Positions 1-15,302 are shown, counted from the first letter of the stretch. The stretch: DNA of 64,000 nucleotides from the human T2T-CHM13v2.0 reference genome, Homo sapiens (GCF_009914755.1 NC_060931.1); one strand, 5' to 3'. Translations and numbers: made by a program. The notes: a model not told the origin generated them from the sequence alone.

Positions 1-780
<780 letters not shown>

Positions 781-3778
781 ACCCTATCCACAGAACTAAC
801 TCTGAAATTATAAATGAATGACTTTTTAAAAAATGAAATAAAAGTGATTATTCCAACAGACTAGTAACATATTCCACTTAGAGATAACTTAAAAGATACA
901 TTAAAATGAAAATAAAGGTATAGATATACTTTTGTTTTGTTTCGTTTTGTTTTGGTACCATCTGAATTATTATCCATCATTATTGGCCATTTTTCATGGT
1001 GAGGAAGAAAAAGGCAGCAAAAGCAAAGGTATGTTTGATTTTCCTCTAAATGATATGAATAAAATCTACATGGGTATGGCAAACAAATTAGAGAGAAGAT
1101 TACCCCAATCTCTGCAAAATGAAACATGCTACAATATGTTTTTTCCTCCAAGACTGAGATAAGGCTATAAATAAACACATAATATGGGTTTTTTTTTTCC
1201 TCTGAAAATTTGGAAAATATTCTAGTTTAACATGATTATGTAGGCCGTCACCGTTTTTAAAAATTGCATTAAGCCCATAAACTCATTCTAAATTGGCAGA
1301 TCTTTAAAAAGGATGTTTATGTTTACAGATTCTAATGCTTTTGAGAAAACAGACACCCATTTCCATTTCCTTTGCTTCTCAACACATCATGCTGGTGACA
1401 GATGTTTCTGAACTGTTTCAATGTCCCTGTCTAAATAGAAAATGCACACTTAATGATACCCATGTGTGTATATTTCTATTTCTAGTCTTATCTTTATATA
1501 TCTACAAAAGATTGTTCCCCTTGGTAATTATAGTCCTATTCAATATTAATGAATTATTGGCAGAAAGTCACTTTTTATGTATATATCTACACACAAAAGA
1601 TCTGTTTTTGTACATTATGATGACTATAGATACTCACTTATGTTTGCTTGTAAATGTAAATGGTCACAATGTTTATATATTTTTCTTTTAAAAGCTTAAA
1701 CTTCATATGCTTATTTTCAAGGCATATAGTGAAGGTATTGTTTATTGTGAGAGAGTAAAAGAAAAGCAGCTTAGTGTCAGCTCTGCTGTCTCTGACTAAT
1801 CTGCAAGCCACCCACTTTAATGGCTCTTCATAAATAATTCAAATTTTAATTATGCTGCCAGCCTCTGACCTGAAGAGAAATGAAGAAAGAAAAGGAAAAG
1901 AATGGGCCAGGGAAAGCATATCAGTTGAATCAAATTGTGCCTACAGTAAATGACTTTGTGTCTCACAGCTGCACTTTCCTACTCAAGATGCACCTGCTTC
2001 CTCATTTGCGATTTTTAAAAATAATATTAGTGTCATCTAGGATACACCATTTATGATTATTTACTTTCTCTATATCTATCATATTTACAAATACACACTT
2101 ACAGATGAAAATATATACCTAGATTATAATAGAGTCCCCTAATCAGATATCTCCCCATTGTTTCCCATTTCAGACTCTGTTCTGTCTCCTAAAAAGTCAC
2201 TGGGGTTCATCATAATATCAGGCATGTTCATATCACTGCAATGACACATCAGGTTTCTGTTATATTAAAAAAGAACACATAAGTCTTCGTCCAAACCCAG
2301 GTCTTGTAAGTTATTGTTGGAGGAACTGCTGCCAAATGAATGGCTGGCTGAATAGATTTAGGAAAATCGAACTGCATCTGTCACACAGAAAGCTGGCCAA
2401 GGTAGATCTGACAGGCGATACATGGCTGAATGATCTCTTCCCACCTAAAAACATCTTTTAATTGCATCAGGTCTCTCAATCCACAGTTGAGCATCTGCTC
2501 ATTAGAACCAAAGCACTATTTCTCAGATTGAAATGCTGAATCTCACTGTATAATTTTCTTCTAAATATTACCTTACAATTTTCCTAAAGCAAGCAAACCC
2601 AGTCATATTTGATGTAAGATCTCTGGGGCCAAATCTAATCTATGCATATTAACAATTTTTCCTTTCTTTTTTTTTTTTTTTTTTTTTTTTTGGTGTCAGT
2701 ATAATTTTTGTCCTTCTATTTATTTAACAAAGAACACATTTGGATTTCATTCAAGAAATCCCCACATCCCATTTACAATAGGTCCTTTTGGTTTATTTGG
2801 AGGACTCACAGATATATTTCCAGAAGTTGATTTAATCTGCTCTGAGTTCCTTTTTATTTCTGAATAACTACCTTTTACAGCAAACCCCTGTGAAAGATTT
2901 GGAAAATCTATCGGACTTTATACAGAAGTATTATTTAGCTGTCTCGAAGATGAATTCATCTTAAAATTATATCATTCTTCAACCACTTGCCATTATTTGC
3001 AGCCCATTTTCTGTTTGCCTATACCCTAAAATTTTGACTTTTCAATCATTGCCCTCTTTATTTTCCTCCCCCCTTATCCAGGGTTTAATTTGGAGAACTG
3101 AGAGGCAATAAAGAATCTCTTAGAATCTATATTTTTGGTAACTTATTTTATTGGTCTAATCTCAATAAAGAACATATATTTTTGGCAACTTATTGCTCCA
3201 ACTCCGTCTGTATGATGATAAAACAGTTAGATGGAAACACATTCTAGCTCATTAAACTGTCTATTTGATCTACAAGATGGCAAATTTATTTGTGTATATG
3301 CATCTTTATAATGTACCATTTCTTATAAAATTATATCAAGACAGTCTTACAGGAGCCATTCAGTTACCTTGAAAAAAGCCACAAAAGCATTTTTATTCAA
3401 TAAACCAATTTGGAAGATGAAAGAGAAACTGTCTGGCTTTTAGACAATAATTAGGTGTGTCTTCTTTGTCTATGTGAAATCTAGGTTTTGATTTAAGATT
3501 GACAAGTGCAGGGTGCTATTTGTTATCAAGTGGACAGGCTACTTTGTAGGTCACTGCTGTTCTAATCTATTTATGTTTCAACCAATTAAGATAAGAATAT
3601 GCTTCTCTAAGTACTAGTGAGTTAGTTTAGCAGAAAATTTCATGAAAATGGTTGTAAATTTACATGTAGAAATATAGCAGTATGGAAATCAACTCATAAG
3701 AAGTATTTTATGAAACCCTAAATGCAGTAGGTCAGTGCTTCCTAACAGAAGTCTACTGGCAAGAAAGGTTTTCAACTC

Positions 3779-4125
<347 letters not shown>

Positions 4126-4966
4126 TAAGAAGAACTGTACTACCTTAAAGAAAGCCGAATCTAAAAAGTATTTGATTTGCTTGTCATATCCATTTCAATC
4201 ACAGGACAAACTACTTCTGAAAAATTTTTATCCATCAAAAAATCTATTGGACTCTATGCAAAAGTCTCAAAGATTAATCTATCTTAAAATTATATCATTC
4301 TTCAAGCACTTGCCTAGAAGTTTTCAATGAATGTGTACAGAATATAGCCTTCTTAAAACTGGCAAATCAATTTAGATTCAAATAGATTCAAGACAAATAT
4401 CACAATCCTAAAATGACTCTTTATAAAAATAGCATTTATTTTTCAGTGAAAAATACATTTGTGAAAAAGGCTATACTATGGTTTTGATTTAAAGGATAAG
4501 CACTTTTTATATGTGCATTTGTGTGAGTGTGCGTGTATAAAATCCCTTTACTTACATTTTGCCCATTTTTCTTCAGATTGCTAATCTTTTGCTTATTGAT
4601 CTGTAGGTCTGACTTTCTGATATAAATACAACCTTACAGTTCATAAGTGTCACAATTAGTTATGCCCCAGAACCAAATGAAAAGAAATTCAAATCAGGAA
4701 AACAGCTCAGAATAATTTGTTTGCTAACGATTCATCTGAAGACTTTCAATTATAGTACCTAATTGTATAATATGGTATTACTGTATACCATTATTGAGTA
4801 CTCATCTATTTCTCCCATTAGCCTGGAAGTTCTAATAGGGTTCTAAATAGAATCCTTCTTTTTATAACTGTCACCTCATACTTTTCCTCATTTACAACAG
4901 CAAACATGATTACCTTACTGAATTGAAGAAACGAAAGCTTTTGAAAGCCCTTAAACCTACAAACTC

Positions 4967-5294
<328 letters not shown>

Positions 5295-6329
5295 CTATTT
5301 AGGGAACAAAAATAAATAAAGAATTAACAATTATTTTGCTACTTTTGGTAAATTAAGTTACTTAAATATTTTACATAGGCAGAAGAAAAATCTACGTTTG
5401 GCATAAAGTTGTTTTTATCCTTTTACACAAAAGTATTTGCGAAATATTAAGTGGAGTTTAGAAAGATTAAAATTGTTCAAAGAACACAGTGCAATAATTG
5501 CATCAAAGTTAAAATTTGTCTTTTTTAAAGGAAGTTTCACAGTAAATGTCTAAGATAATGTTTCAATATTAAATACTCAGCAAATACTTAACTGAGCATA
5601 ATATATCACAGATATGATATAACCTTTAAAGGTTCTTTTACAAAAATAAATAAAACAGCCAGCAAAGGTATTACGGAGAGAACCTGAAACATACTGTTTA
5701 ACGTTTATTTAATTACAAAAATTTACTGGGGGCAACCAAGTCACTCACTCTCCCTCTAATTACACGCAGTCCTTTTTTTTCTTCTCTTCGCTTCTTCTTA
5801 TTCAACCAAAACCAGAAATATCAAAACAGAAGAGTTAATTATTGGGGATGTGTGGACCATGGTTGGGAAAAATGTTGAGAAATTATTTGGGCTATGTGGA
5901 GCAAGCTGTCTTGCATAAAAAGCTATATTGGGCTCTAGAGAAAGTGAGAATGGAAAGAATTTGAGAGATACCTGAGACCAAAAAAAAAAAAAGACACAAT
6001 TAAGAATGTTGAATAGAATACAATGACAAGAAGCCTTTCCAAGACAGTAAATCCAAAAAGCCTGCTAAATAGCATAAGACAGGAAAAAGATAAGGAAGCA
6101 AAGGGTGGCTGGGAAGCTTTAATCCAGAGCTCCCGATGTACAAGAGAGGCTGGCAACAGGAAATTGAAAAGACAGTGGTTCTGGCCAGAACAGGAGCAGA
6201 TGATGAAATGGCATAGAAAAATTGATAGGAAATGCAAACAGTTTTAAAAAGAAAGTTGATGCCTCTCTTGTATACTCTTTCTTGGTTATGCAAACCTGAA
6301 ACCTAGATGTCTTCTTTTCTATCAATGCT

Positions 6330-6990
6330 CACCTTCAGCGACGCAACAAGACCTACACATAGTCCCTCTTTCCTATATCTCCCATCGCCTCTATTTGCAG
6401 AACTGTTTCCCTTTAAGCTGTCTTCACCATCCTGAATTTCTTTAATAGTCTCCTTGGTAGCTTCCTGCATCTGATTTTGAACCCCTCTGACTCATACACC
6501 CCTTACAGCTGCCAATGTAAATTTACAAAAATACCAATCTTATTCTCCTTTTTTCATACATTTTACAGACAAGCCATAGAATTCAAATCCAGATGTGCCC
6601 ACTCTTAAGTGTAAAGGACTCCAAGGGCAGATGCTATACAAGACCCTTCATTACTGTCCTCTACCTACTTTTCCAGCCTCATGTCTCACCATTTTCTTCC
6701 TGCTTCATAACTTTGCATTGTGTACCACCCGAAATTCTCTAGAATATTCTCTTTACCTAAGGAGTCAGAGAATATAGATGAGTTTAAAATTGATATGCTT
6801 TATCATCTATATGCTTCCATGGTACTTGTGCATCTACAAGAATTACTTGTTTATTTGACAATTTTCCCCACTGCACTGTGAGGTCCTTAAGGCAGACACT
6901 GTCCTTCAACTCTACATCCTTTGTACCCAGCTTAATGTCCAAAACATAAGAGGTACTTAGTAAACATTTTCTGAGTGAATGATTGAGGCA
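6330..6990 (+). mobile_element. L2 LINE 3' fragment
   Basis: Pyrimidine-rich L2 body ending ACTGTGAGGTCCTTAAGGCAG...AGGTACTTAGTAAACATTTTCTGAGTGAATGATTGA. Confidence 0.7.
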
Positions 6991-7439
6991 TCAGCAACAC
7001 CAGGAAGAAAGTGGCAGACAAGAATTAACCCCTTCATTTACATTCTCTCTTCTTCCAATGTCACAGCAATTTTTTCAAGCTCCAATTCACTTTTCTTATT
7101 ATTAGAGTGCTTCAGTAGATGAACAATGTTACCAACAGTCAACACAAACTTTACTGACATATTCACAAAAAAATCATCTCTAAAATCACTCCAATGTTTT
7201 TCTATGTTGTAACAGCAAGCAGCATTGGAGGCTGAGGCATCTAAGATACAAAGAGAATACAAGAAAGACTCCAATGCCTTATTTTGTTATACAGTTCTGC
7301 ATCATTGTTCTGCCCTTCTGGTTTCCATATCTTGAATTCCAGCTTTATAGGCCCATAACTTGGCTTTCTATCTAACTAAATTCTTCAGCTGTTCTCTCCT
7401 CAGCTATCTCTGACATGCACTGTTAATCTTTGTTTTTGT

Positions 7440-7960
7440 TTTTTGCTTTTTTAGTATTTATCCAAACATCTTCATGCTCTTGAGTCATTGGCTATTCCCC
7501 AAACCCAAAAGGTAGCTATTGTCATGACTTCTATTACTATAAATTAGTTTTGGCTAATTTACTTACCCCTTTACTTCATATATATTGAATCATATAACAC
7601 GTAGTCTTCTCCATCTGGGCTCTTTGGCTCATCACTATTGTTGTGAGATATATAATTGTTGCTACGTACAGAAATATTTTGTTCTTTTTATTGCTGTGCA
7701 GTTTTCTGTGTATGTATACACCTCGGTTTATTTATCCAATCTTTCGTTAAAGGACATTTGGGTTGTTTCCAGTTAAGGACTATTGTGAATAAAAATGTGT
7801 ATCTGTTGGGAGACATGTATTCATTTCTGTTGGAAATATCCTAGAAATTGCTGGATTGTAGGGTAGGTACTGCCAAAGAATTTTCCAAAGTGGTTTCTGT
7901 GAAATGGATATCCACACATCTAATGTATTTAAGTTCCAGTTTCTCCATATGCTAGCTCCT
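7440..7960 (-). mobile_element. Old L1M fragment (antisense)
   Basis: GGACATTTGGGTTGTTTCCAG...TATTGTGAATAA...AATTGCTGGATTGTAGGGTAGG...TTTTCCAAAGTGG matches antisense L1 ORF2 3' end. Confidence 0.8.
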
Positions 7961-8992
7961 CTCTTCTATCCAAATTTTAATTCTTGTTTTTTAAGTTGTG
8001 GTCATTCTAGTAAATTTCTACACAGACTCTTTCAAAGTCGTCATTACCAAACTCCTATTAACCACTTCTTTGGATTTCACTCATTGTTTAACTTATTTCA
8101 TTATGTCCTTTGTCTAACTACTCTTATGTCCCATTTCAAGCTAACTGTATTTTCTCCATAATCATCTTTCTTGAACTGTATTCCTTATTTAACTACAAAC
8201 TACTTCTTTATCCAAACTCATTCCTGTGCTGCATCAGATGACAAATGAGTGTCATAATTCCCATGAGACTCTGGCTCTATTTCATTCTTCCACTCTATAA
8301 ATACAGTGTTTTAACCCCAGATTCAGGCCTCTGCTCTGGCTTTTTTCATGTCAATTGTCACCTAAATGAAAGTACATATCCACTACCATCCTCTCTCTCA
8401 GAAGTGTCAATCTTCTAATTCCATTTGCTGTTCGACAGCTACAGCAATAGAGTCTACCATCACCTCAAATTCATCATGTAGAAAAGAAAAGTACCACTTT
8501 CTCTAGAAACTAGATCCCCTCTAGTCCAAATACCATGATGTACACAGTCATTCAATCTGAAGACCTGAGTCATTCATTTTTACTCTTATTTCTCCCCTAC
8601 ATGCAGTAAATGAATAAATTCTCTTGATTCTTTATCAAATTTTATTTCCTTTATCATCTAAATATATAGTTATTTCATTAAAATAGAACATTTTTAATTA
8701 TAATTGTATTCATTTTCTACCATCCACAAATGAACCCATTATCACTTGTCAAATTTCACACATGCTTGCTAATTTCTAATTTATTGATTGTGGTTCTCAG
8801 ACTATCATCAATACCACCACCATTAACAAAGCATATCATCATGCCATATTTTTGAATAAATATATTCTCCCTTTTGTGTGTGAAAAATAGTACGTTGTTT
8901 TATTATTTCTATTTGGAAGTTGAGAAAAAATAAGCTTTAGATGCACAGTTATTAATTAGAGCCAAGGAGATAAACAGGCATCAAGAGTAAGG

Positions 8993-9248
8993 TAAATGGC
9001 TAGACCAGCAAAGCAGCTAATTACAATGGAAAACTCTAATAATCATTTTCCTCTTTCCTGAATCGATTTCAACTTTTTCAAAATAAATAATATTTATAAT
9101 CATAGACAATAGATGATGGATAAATGGCTAGACCAGGAAAGCAGCTAATTACAATGGAAAACTCTAATAATCACTTTCTTCTTTCCTGAATCTATTTCAA
9201 CTTTTTCAAAATAAACAATATTTATAATCCTAGACAGTAGATAATGGA
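8993..9248. repeat. 128-bp tandem duplication (2 copies)
   Basis: 8993-9120 and 9121-9248 both start TAAATGGCTAGACCAG and end ATGGA; 8 substitutions counted. Confidence 0.95.
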
Positions 9249-9624
9249 CTAGCAATCTAAACATTACTAAAAAAAAGGAAAAATAAATTTACAGAAGTCA
9301 AAGCTCAATTAAGCAGAAACCCAAAATGAGTAATTTATGAGAGAAAACTTCTGACAGATTTTTTTCTCTCAATATAATCTCTAAAAGACAGATATTCTAT
9401 AAAACATAAATAGAATCTAAATTGTAGTATTCCAGCTTTTAGAAAGGAAGAATTCTGACAGCAAGAGTATTGGAATATATGACAAAAATATAAAATAGCC
9501 TTTATTGAGGAACTTTTGTACTATAGGTAGTCCAGTGGCGGCATCAGTCATCCAATAGTAATAATAGTTGTAGTCATGTGTTCAACACCCTCTAATATGC
9601 CAGTGAGAAGCTGGAAAAAATTAC

Positions 9625-10279
9625 TGTAGTGGCTTAAACATATGTCTACAAATTTGATACATCTTCCTTCAAGTGGTCGGCTGGATACAGCAACTCACTT
9701 CTCACAAATAGCATAAAGTAGAAAGGATAGCACGCAACGTAAGAAACTAGGTTGTAAAAGGTAATGTGAATCCCTCCTTGTACTTTCTTGAATTGCTCAC
9801 TGTTGGGGAAGTTAGCTACCATGGTTAGGTGTTGTGGAAAGAAGCCCAAGTGGCAAGGAACTGAGGTCTCCTGCCAATAGCCATGTATACAAACCACCTT
9901 AGAAGTGGATCTTCTGAAAACAAAAGAATAAAGGTACTACTAAGAAAATTCAAAAATCAGCGTAATATCCTAGTACTTCTTTTGGTAAACTTATTTCTGA
10001 ATGTTTCCGTTTGTTGCTATTATAAATAACATTGTTTTCTTCATTTCAAAAAAAATGTGCACAGTGAAAATTTAAAAAGTAGATCTTGCAGCACCAGGTA
10101 AGCCATCAGAGAAGCACCACCTAAGAAAGCCTGAGAAAGACTCATTCAGGTAAGCCACTCCTAATTTCCTGACCCATGGAAACTATGAGATCAGAAATAT
10201 TTGTTATTTTAAGCCACTTTATTTTGAGGTAATTCATTATATGTAGCAATAAGGAAACGTACCAATAAAGAACTAATAC
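9625..10279 (+). mobile_element. MaLR LTR (MLT1F/G-like) with an internal insertion
   Basis: GCCCAAGTGGCAAGGAACTGAGGTCTCCTGCCAATAGCCATG...AAGTGGATC...TTCCTGACCCATGGAAACTATGAGA...TTGTTATTTTAAGCCAC. Confidence 0.8.
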
Positions 10280-10299
10280 TACTAACTAATAAACAACTT

Positions 10300-11210
10300 T
10301 GATATTATGTTCTAAATAAAATCACAAAATAAAGTTAAATAAATAAAATAAAAGTGAGATGCCATTTGTTATCTACCAACTTCGTTGCCTAAAAAATAAT
10401 ATCCAATATTGAAGAGGAGATAGAAACACACTATCATAAACTGCTAAACAATTCCAGATGGATAATCTGGCAAGCTCTATTCATAGTTTTTAAATAATAA
10501 TAATATACCTTTTGATATAGCTCAACTTTGAGAATTTATGCTAAGGAAATAAGAAATTTGTACATCTATTTCTATATAAAAATGTTTACAGGATTGATAT
10601 TTGTGGTATTAAAAACTGGAGTTCTTCTAAATTAGTCATAGGTACTGGCATATACATACGATGTTGCCATTATGATTCTATTTTATATATTATTTATTAC
10701 GTATTATTGTATATCTTCTCTATAATATAATATTTTCTATTTTATTATTATTTTTAGAAACAGGATCTTGCTATGTTGCCTGGGCTGTAGCTATTCACAG
10801 ATGTGATCATAGCACACTGAGGCCTTGAACTCCTGGCCTCAAGGGATCCTCCTGCTTCAGCTACCCAAGTAGCTTTGACCACAGGAGCACCCTACCATGC
10901 CTGGATTATTTTATTTCATTTTTATATTTGATGAAATAGGAAAACATTCTGAATATATTAATTGCAAATGAAGGGTATAATTCCAATTTAATAAAAGTTG
11001 TGTGCGTATGCATGCATAAGTGTGCAGATGTATTTGCGCCTGCATACAGGTGCACGTGATTATGTAAGAATAGAAAGAAGAATGAAAATAAAAGCTTCTC
11101 GATGTTAATAATATTTATACCTGGGTGTAGAATTAAGAATATGCTTCATTTTCTACTTTGCACTTACCCATATTATCAGTTTCTTAACAATGAGAATGTA
11201 ATTTTTCTAC
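10300..11210 (+). mobile_element. Old L1M 3' fragment interrupted by FAM
   Basis: GTGAGATGCCATTT...ATACCTTTTGA...GAGAATTTATGCTAAGGAAATAA plus degenerate L1M 3' UTR. Confidence 0.6.
10752..10904 (-). mobile_element. FAM (fossil Alu monomer)
   Basis: Monomer with GCTATTCACAGATGTGATCATAGCACACT, the 7SL-like FAM segment. Confidence 0.8.
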
Positions 11211-11239
11211 TGAAGAAAATAATCCCAGTCATTGTAACA

Positions 11240-12151
11240 CACTGTGACTGCTGTTCTAGAAGACCATATGTCATTTGACCCCTGGCTACCCCTCTGAACT
11301 CTCCTTATATACTCTCGCACTTGCTCATTAAGCTCCAACCACAGTGACCCTCCTGATCTTGGAACTCAAACAGCTCCCTCTGTCACAGAGCCTGCGCACT
11401 AACCCCTCCTTTTCCTAGAATGGCATTTTCACATCTTCTCATGGCTCCTCTCACGACTGTGTCTTCCTCTCCAGTCACTGAGAGTATCTTTTGACCACCA
11501 AATTCAAAGCAGCCTGCCTTGGCAATACATTAAAAACTATGTTTCCCAGATTTCCAATCTTCTCAGTACTTTTATACTATAAAAAGTCTATTATTTTCTT
11601 TATTGCATATTTACTTTAATTTGTAAACATAAAATTACCATCTGGAAACTTGCCTGTCTTGGTTACTACTGTATCCCTAGTTCCTAGAAATAGCAAAAAT
11701 TCATGAAACGTTTTCTTAATAAGTGAGTCCTAGAGTGAATGCTTCATTTAAGTTGCTGACCATCACATATTCTTTACACTGTCTTCACTCTTGGGTTATA
11801 GACACCGCACACTCTAATTTTTCTTCCTACATTTCTAATCAGTACTGCTTTCTCGTTCACTGAGTCAATCACTGTTAGATTATTCTTATTTAAGTGCAAA
11901 AAGGGGAAAGCAATGTGGGGAGCACCATATCTATATTGAATAATGTACAGGGGCTCATATGAATACAATACACTTCCACACTCAAAAGAACACTAGATTA
12001 CAAACTCTATGAGGGGAGGCAATTCTTTTTTGTTGGTTCTAGCTCCTAAATCAGTGCCTGACATACATTAAGCACCCAATAGATAAATATGTGTTCAATA
12101 CAGGTATTTATGAATGAATGAATGAATGAATGAATGAATGAATGAATGAAT
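11240..12151 (+). mobile_element. L2 fragments, ending in a (GAAT)n tail
   Basis: L2 3' motifs CTTGCCTGTCTTGGTTACTACTGTATCCCTAG and CAGTGCCTGACATACATTAAGCACCCAATA; about 10 GAAT units at 12110-12151. Confidence 0.7.
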
Positions 12152-13332
12152 AATGGCCAATATATTTTGTTCCATGCATCATAAAAATGACATAACTTAA
12201 AGGAATAAAATAAAACAAGCCAAATTTTATTATCTGCAAGGTCACACAGTATGACCTAAAGCATGTAGCAACAAAAGTATACTGAGTGAAAAATCATTTG
12301 CTCATGAACCAATCTCATATGCAAGCACTAAGCAAATTTGATATGAAATATATAGACTGCTTTACAATGCACAGCTTTTTCCATCAAGCAGCCAGCTATC
12401 CGGTGATGCCAATTAAATCACAGCATAAATTTATCACTTCAATTAAAGATCAAAATTTACTTAGAACCTACAGCAAGATCCTTGCCTCTGTCATGTAGTT
12501 CCCTAAAAAAGAACTGGAAACAATACCACATTTGAACTGTTCTCTCAAGTAATCAGAATTTCAATACCACTCCCCTGTTTATAACTCCTTTTTAAAATTC
12601 AGATCCATCTCAGAGCATGTGCCCAGCAGTGTTTGCCCATTATTTAACACTTTCTTTTTAACTTCTCTGATCTTCTTGAATAGATACCACAGCTGTTCAC
12701 CCAAGGTGAATGTGAAACCCCCTATCAGATTGCTCGCTGATTCTATCAGTCCCAAAAGCAGATCTATCATTATCTCTGGAAGGGGTCTTTCTGCAGAGAG
12801 CCCAGAGTTTGTGTATGCTTTTAGTATACTCTCCAGCATGACAAACACCATCTATCTGGCTTTACACTGTCATTTCCACTGAAAACCTGTAATTACTTTC
12901 CACAAGCAACACTTCATCCTGCCAAGCTGATTAAAGGCAATACGCACAGGAAGGCAAAGAGTAGCAGCGCTCAGATATCAAAACATTTATCTTATAAGCA
13001 ACACTGCAACGGCATGCACACAGTAAGCACTAAATAATTGTTTTTAGATATTACATTTGCTCTTTGACAGACAATATAGTTAATGATTTTCTCATGAAAC
13101 ATAATAGTCTCTTAAAGAGTGAATAGGGCAGATCAAAATGGACTTCTGAACTGCCGTTTATTTAAAATATTCCACCATAACGGACATATCATTCCAGGGT
13201 CTTCACTCTCACCATCTAGTTTACATCTACACCAAATAAGTTAATTACTTAACTATTATCATTTCTTGACAGGCAAACCGGTAGGCAGGTACTTTTCCTA
13301 TCATATTCTTTAACTGAGTTGAATCTACTTAC

Positions 13333-13358
13333 TTTGGCTGATTAGAGCCATCAGGTTT
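13333..13358 (-). other. Candidate 26-nt microexon
   Basis: Minus strand: ttgatgctgtctccaaacactcttctgcag|AAACCTGATGGCTCTAATCAGCCAAA|gtaagt; AG-free zone of about 50 nt upstream. Confidence 0.35.
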
Positions 13359-13449
13359 CTGCAGAAGAGTGTTTGGAGACAGCATCAAGAAGTATTTAAT
13401 TGCAATTAGATAAACTTTATAGTGGACACTTGTCACAGTTTTATTTATT

Positions 13450-13938
13450 TGTTGTTGTACATTAAAACATCTTTCTATATTTGGGGAATTTCCCAAGATA
13501 TAAACTATGTTGAAAGTCAATGTTCACATCCAAGTAGAGAAATCAAAAGCTTGTTTTCCCTACCTCCTTCGCACCTGGGACTTGGCCAAACAGTTTCATT
13601 TAGCCAATCAGATGGACCTGCCTTGGATTTTTAATCCTAAACTAATGACGTAGAGAAGCAAGGATAGTGACAGACCCACCCTGGCCGTGGCAGCAACATC
13701 AGGGCAGCAATAGCCAGTTTGTTTTAGGGGCAGAAATAGTAGCTCCAGGTAGCAATGTAAACTATGTTTCTGTTCAGGGATGGTGGCAAGAGTGTCCTCC
13801 CCAGTCTGGCTCTTAATGTGATTTTAAGTTTAGTTCTTAATTCTGTGAATTAGCCAATATATTCTTTCAATAAATATGTCTGCCATTTAAGTCAGCTTGT
13901 CACTCTATTATTTGAAACCACAAACACTTACTGGGACA
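13450..13938 (+). mobile_element. ERVL LTR33-like solo LTR
   Basis: GCCAATCAGATGGACC...ACTAATGACGTAGAGAAGCAAGGA...TTCAATAAAT resembles LTR33. Confidence 0.65.
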
Positions 13939-13988
13939 GCTTTCCAGTAGTGGGTACTTTGATGGATACATTGACATCCATCTCTCCC

Positions 13989-14298
<310 letters not shown>

Positions 14299-14459
14299 TC
14301 CATTTCTCTTTTTTTAACATCACTTTATGTTTGGCCATTTAGAGATCGTTCAAAACGCTAGCAGCTAAAACACAATGGTTTTGTTGGACAGACTTTTCAC
14401 ATTTATCTGTGTAGCAGTGTCAGTCTAACTCTTATTTGAATATTTAATTGCGTTTTGCC

Positions 14460-14752
14460 TTTTCTTTTGGAGGGGGATGAAGTCTCGCTGTGTCGCCCAG
14501 GCTGTAGTGCAGTGGCACAATCTCGGCTCATTGCAACCTCCACCTCCCAAATTCAAGTGATTTTCCTGCCTCAGCCCCCGAGTAGCTGGGACTACAGGTG
14601 CCCACCACCACGCCCAGATAATTTTTGAATTTTCAGTAGAGATGGGGTTTCACCATATTGACCAGACTGGTCTCGAACTCCTGACCTTGTGATCTGCCCA
14701 CCTCAGTCTCCCAAAGCATTGGGATTACAGGCATGAGCCACTGCGCCCAACC
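14460..14752 (-). mobile_element. AluS (Sg-like)
   Basis: Full dimeric Alu. Confidence 0.93.
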
Positions 14753-14981
14753 CCCTTTTTTTATATTATACAACAATGGCTATAGACTGGAAAAGTAAAA
14801 TTGCTGGTACTTGGAATAAAACCATGAATGTGATTGCCTTAGTAGGGTTGTGACAATGATAGACCTAAAAGAAACCAGTCTATCTTCAACCTCAACCGGT
14901 TGTGTGAGGATACACACACACATACACAAAAATATGTTGAGAACATATAATTGAAGATTGTCATAAAAAATGCATATTTGA

Positions 14982-15302
<321 letters not shown>

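Noticed and set aside
2656-2730. T-run with AATAAA about 30 nt upstream on minus, suggesting a retrocopy 3' end
   Set aside because: No TSD or recognisable parent transcript; more likely a simple poly-T tract and an internal-priming artefact site
3362-3392. Minus-strand pyrimidine tract followed by AAG|GTAACT, a possible recursive splice site
   Set aside because: AAG acceptor and non-optimal donor; expected by chance without nascent-RNA data
4556-4616. 61-nt minus-strand exon-like segment (KSDLQINKQKISNLKKNGQN) with GTAAGT
   Set aside because: Matches a degenerate L1 ORF2 fragment (CTACAGATCAATAAG...GAAAAATGGGCAAA)
7038-7274. 78-aa minus ORF with a good acceptor
   Set aside because: No recognisable homology or donor; lies among ancient LINE fragments
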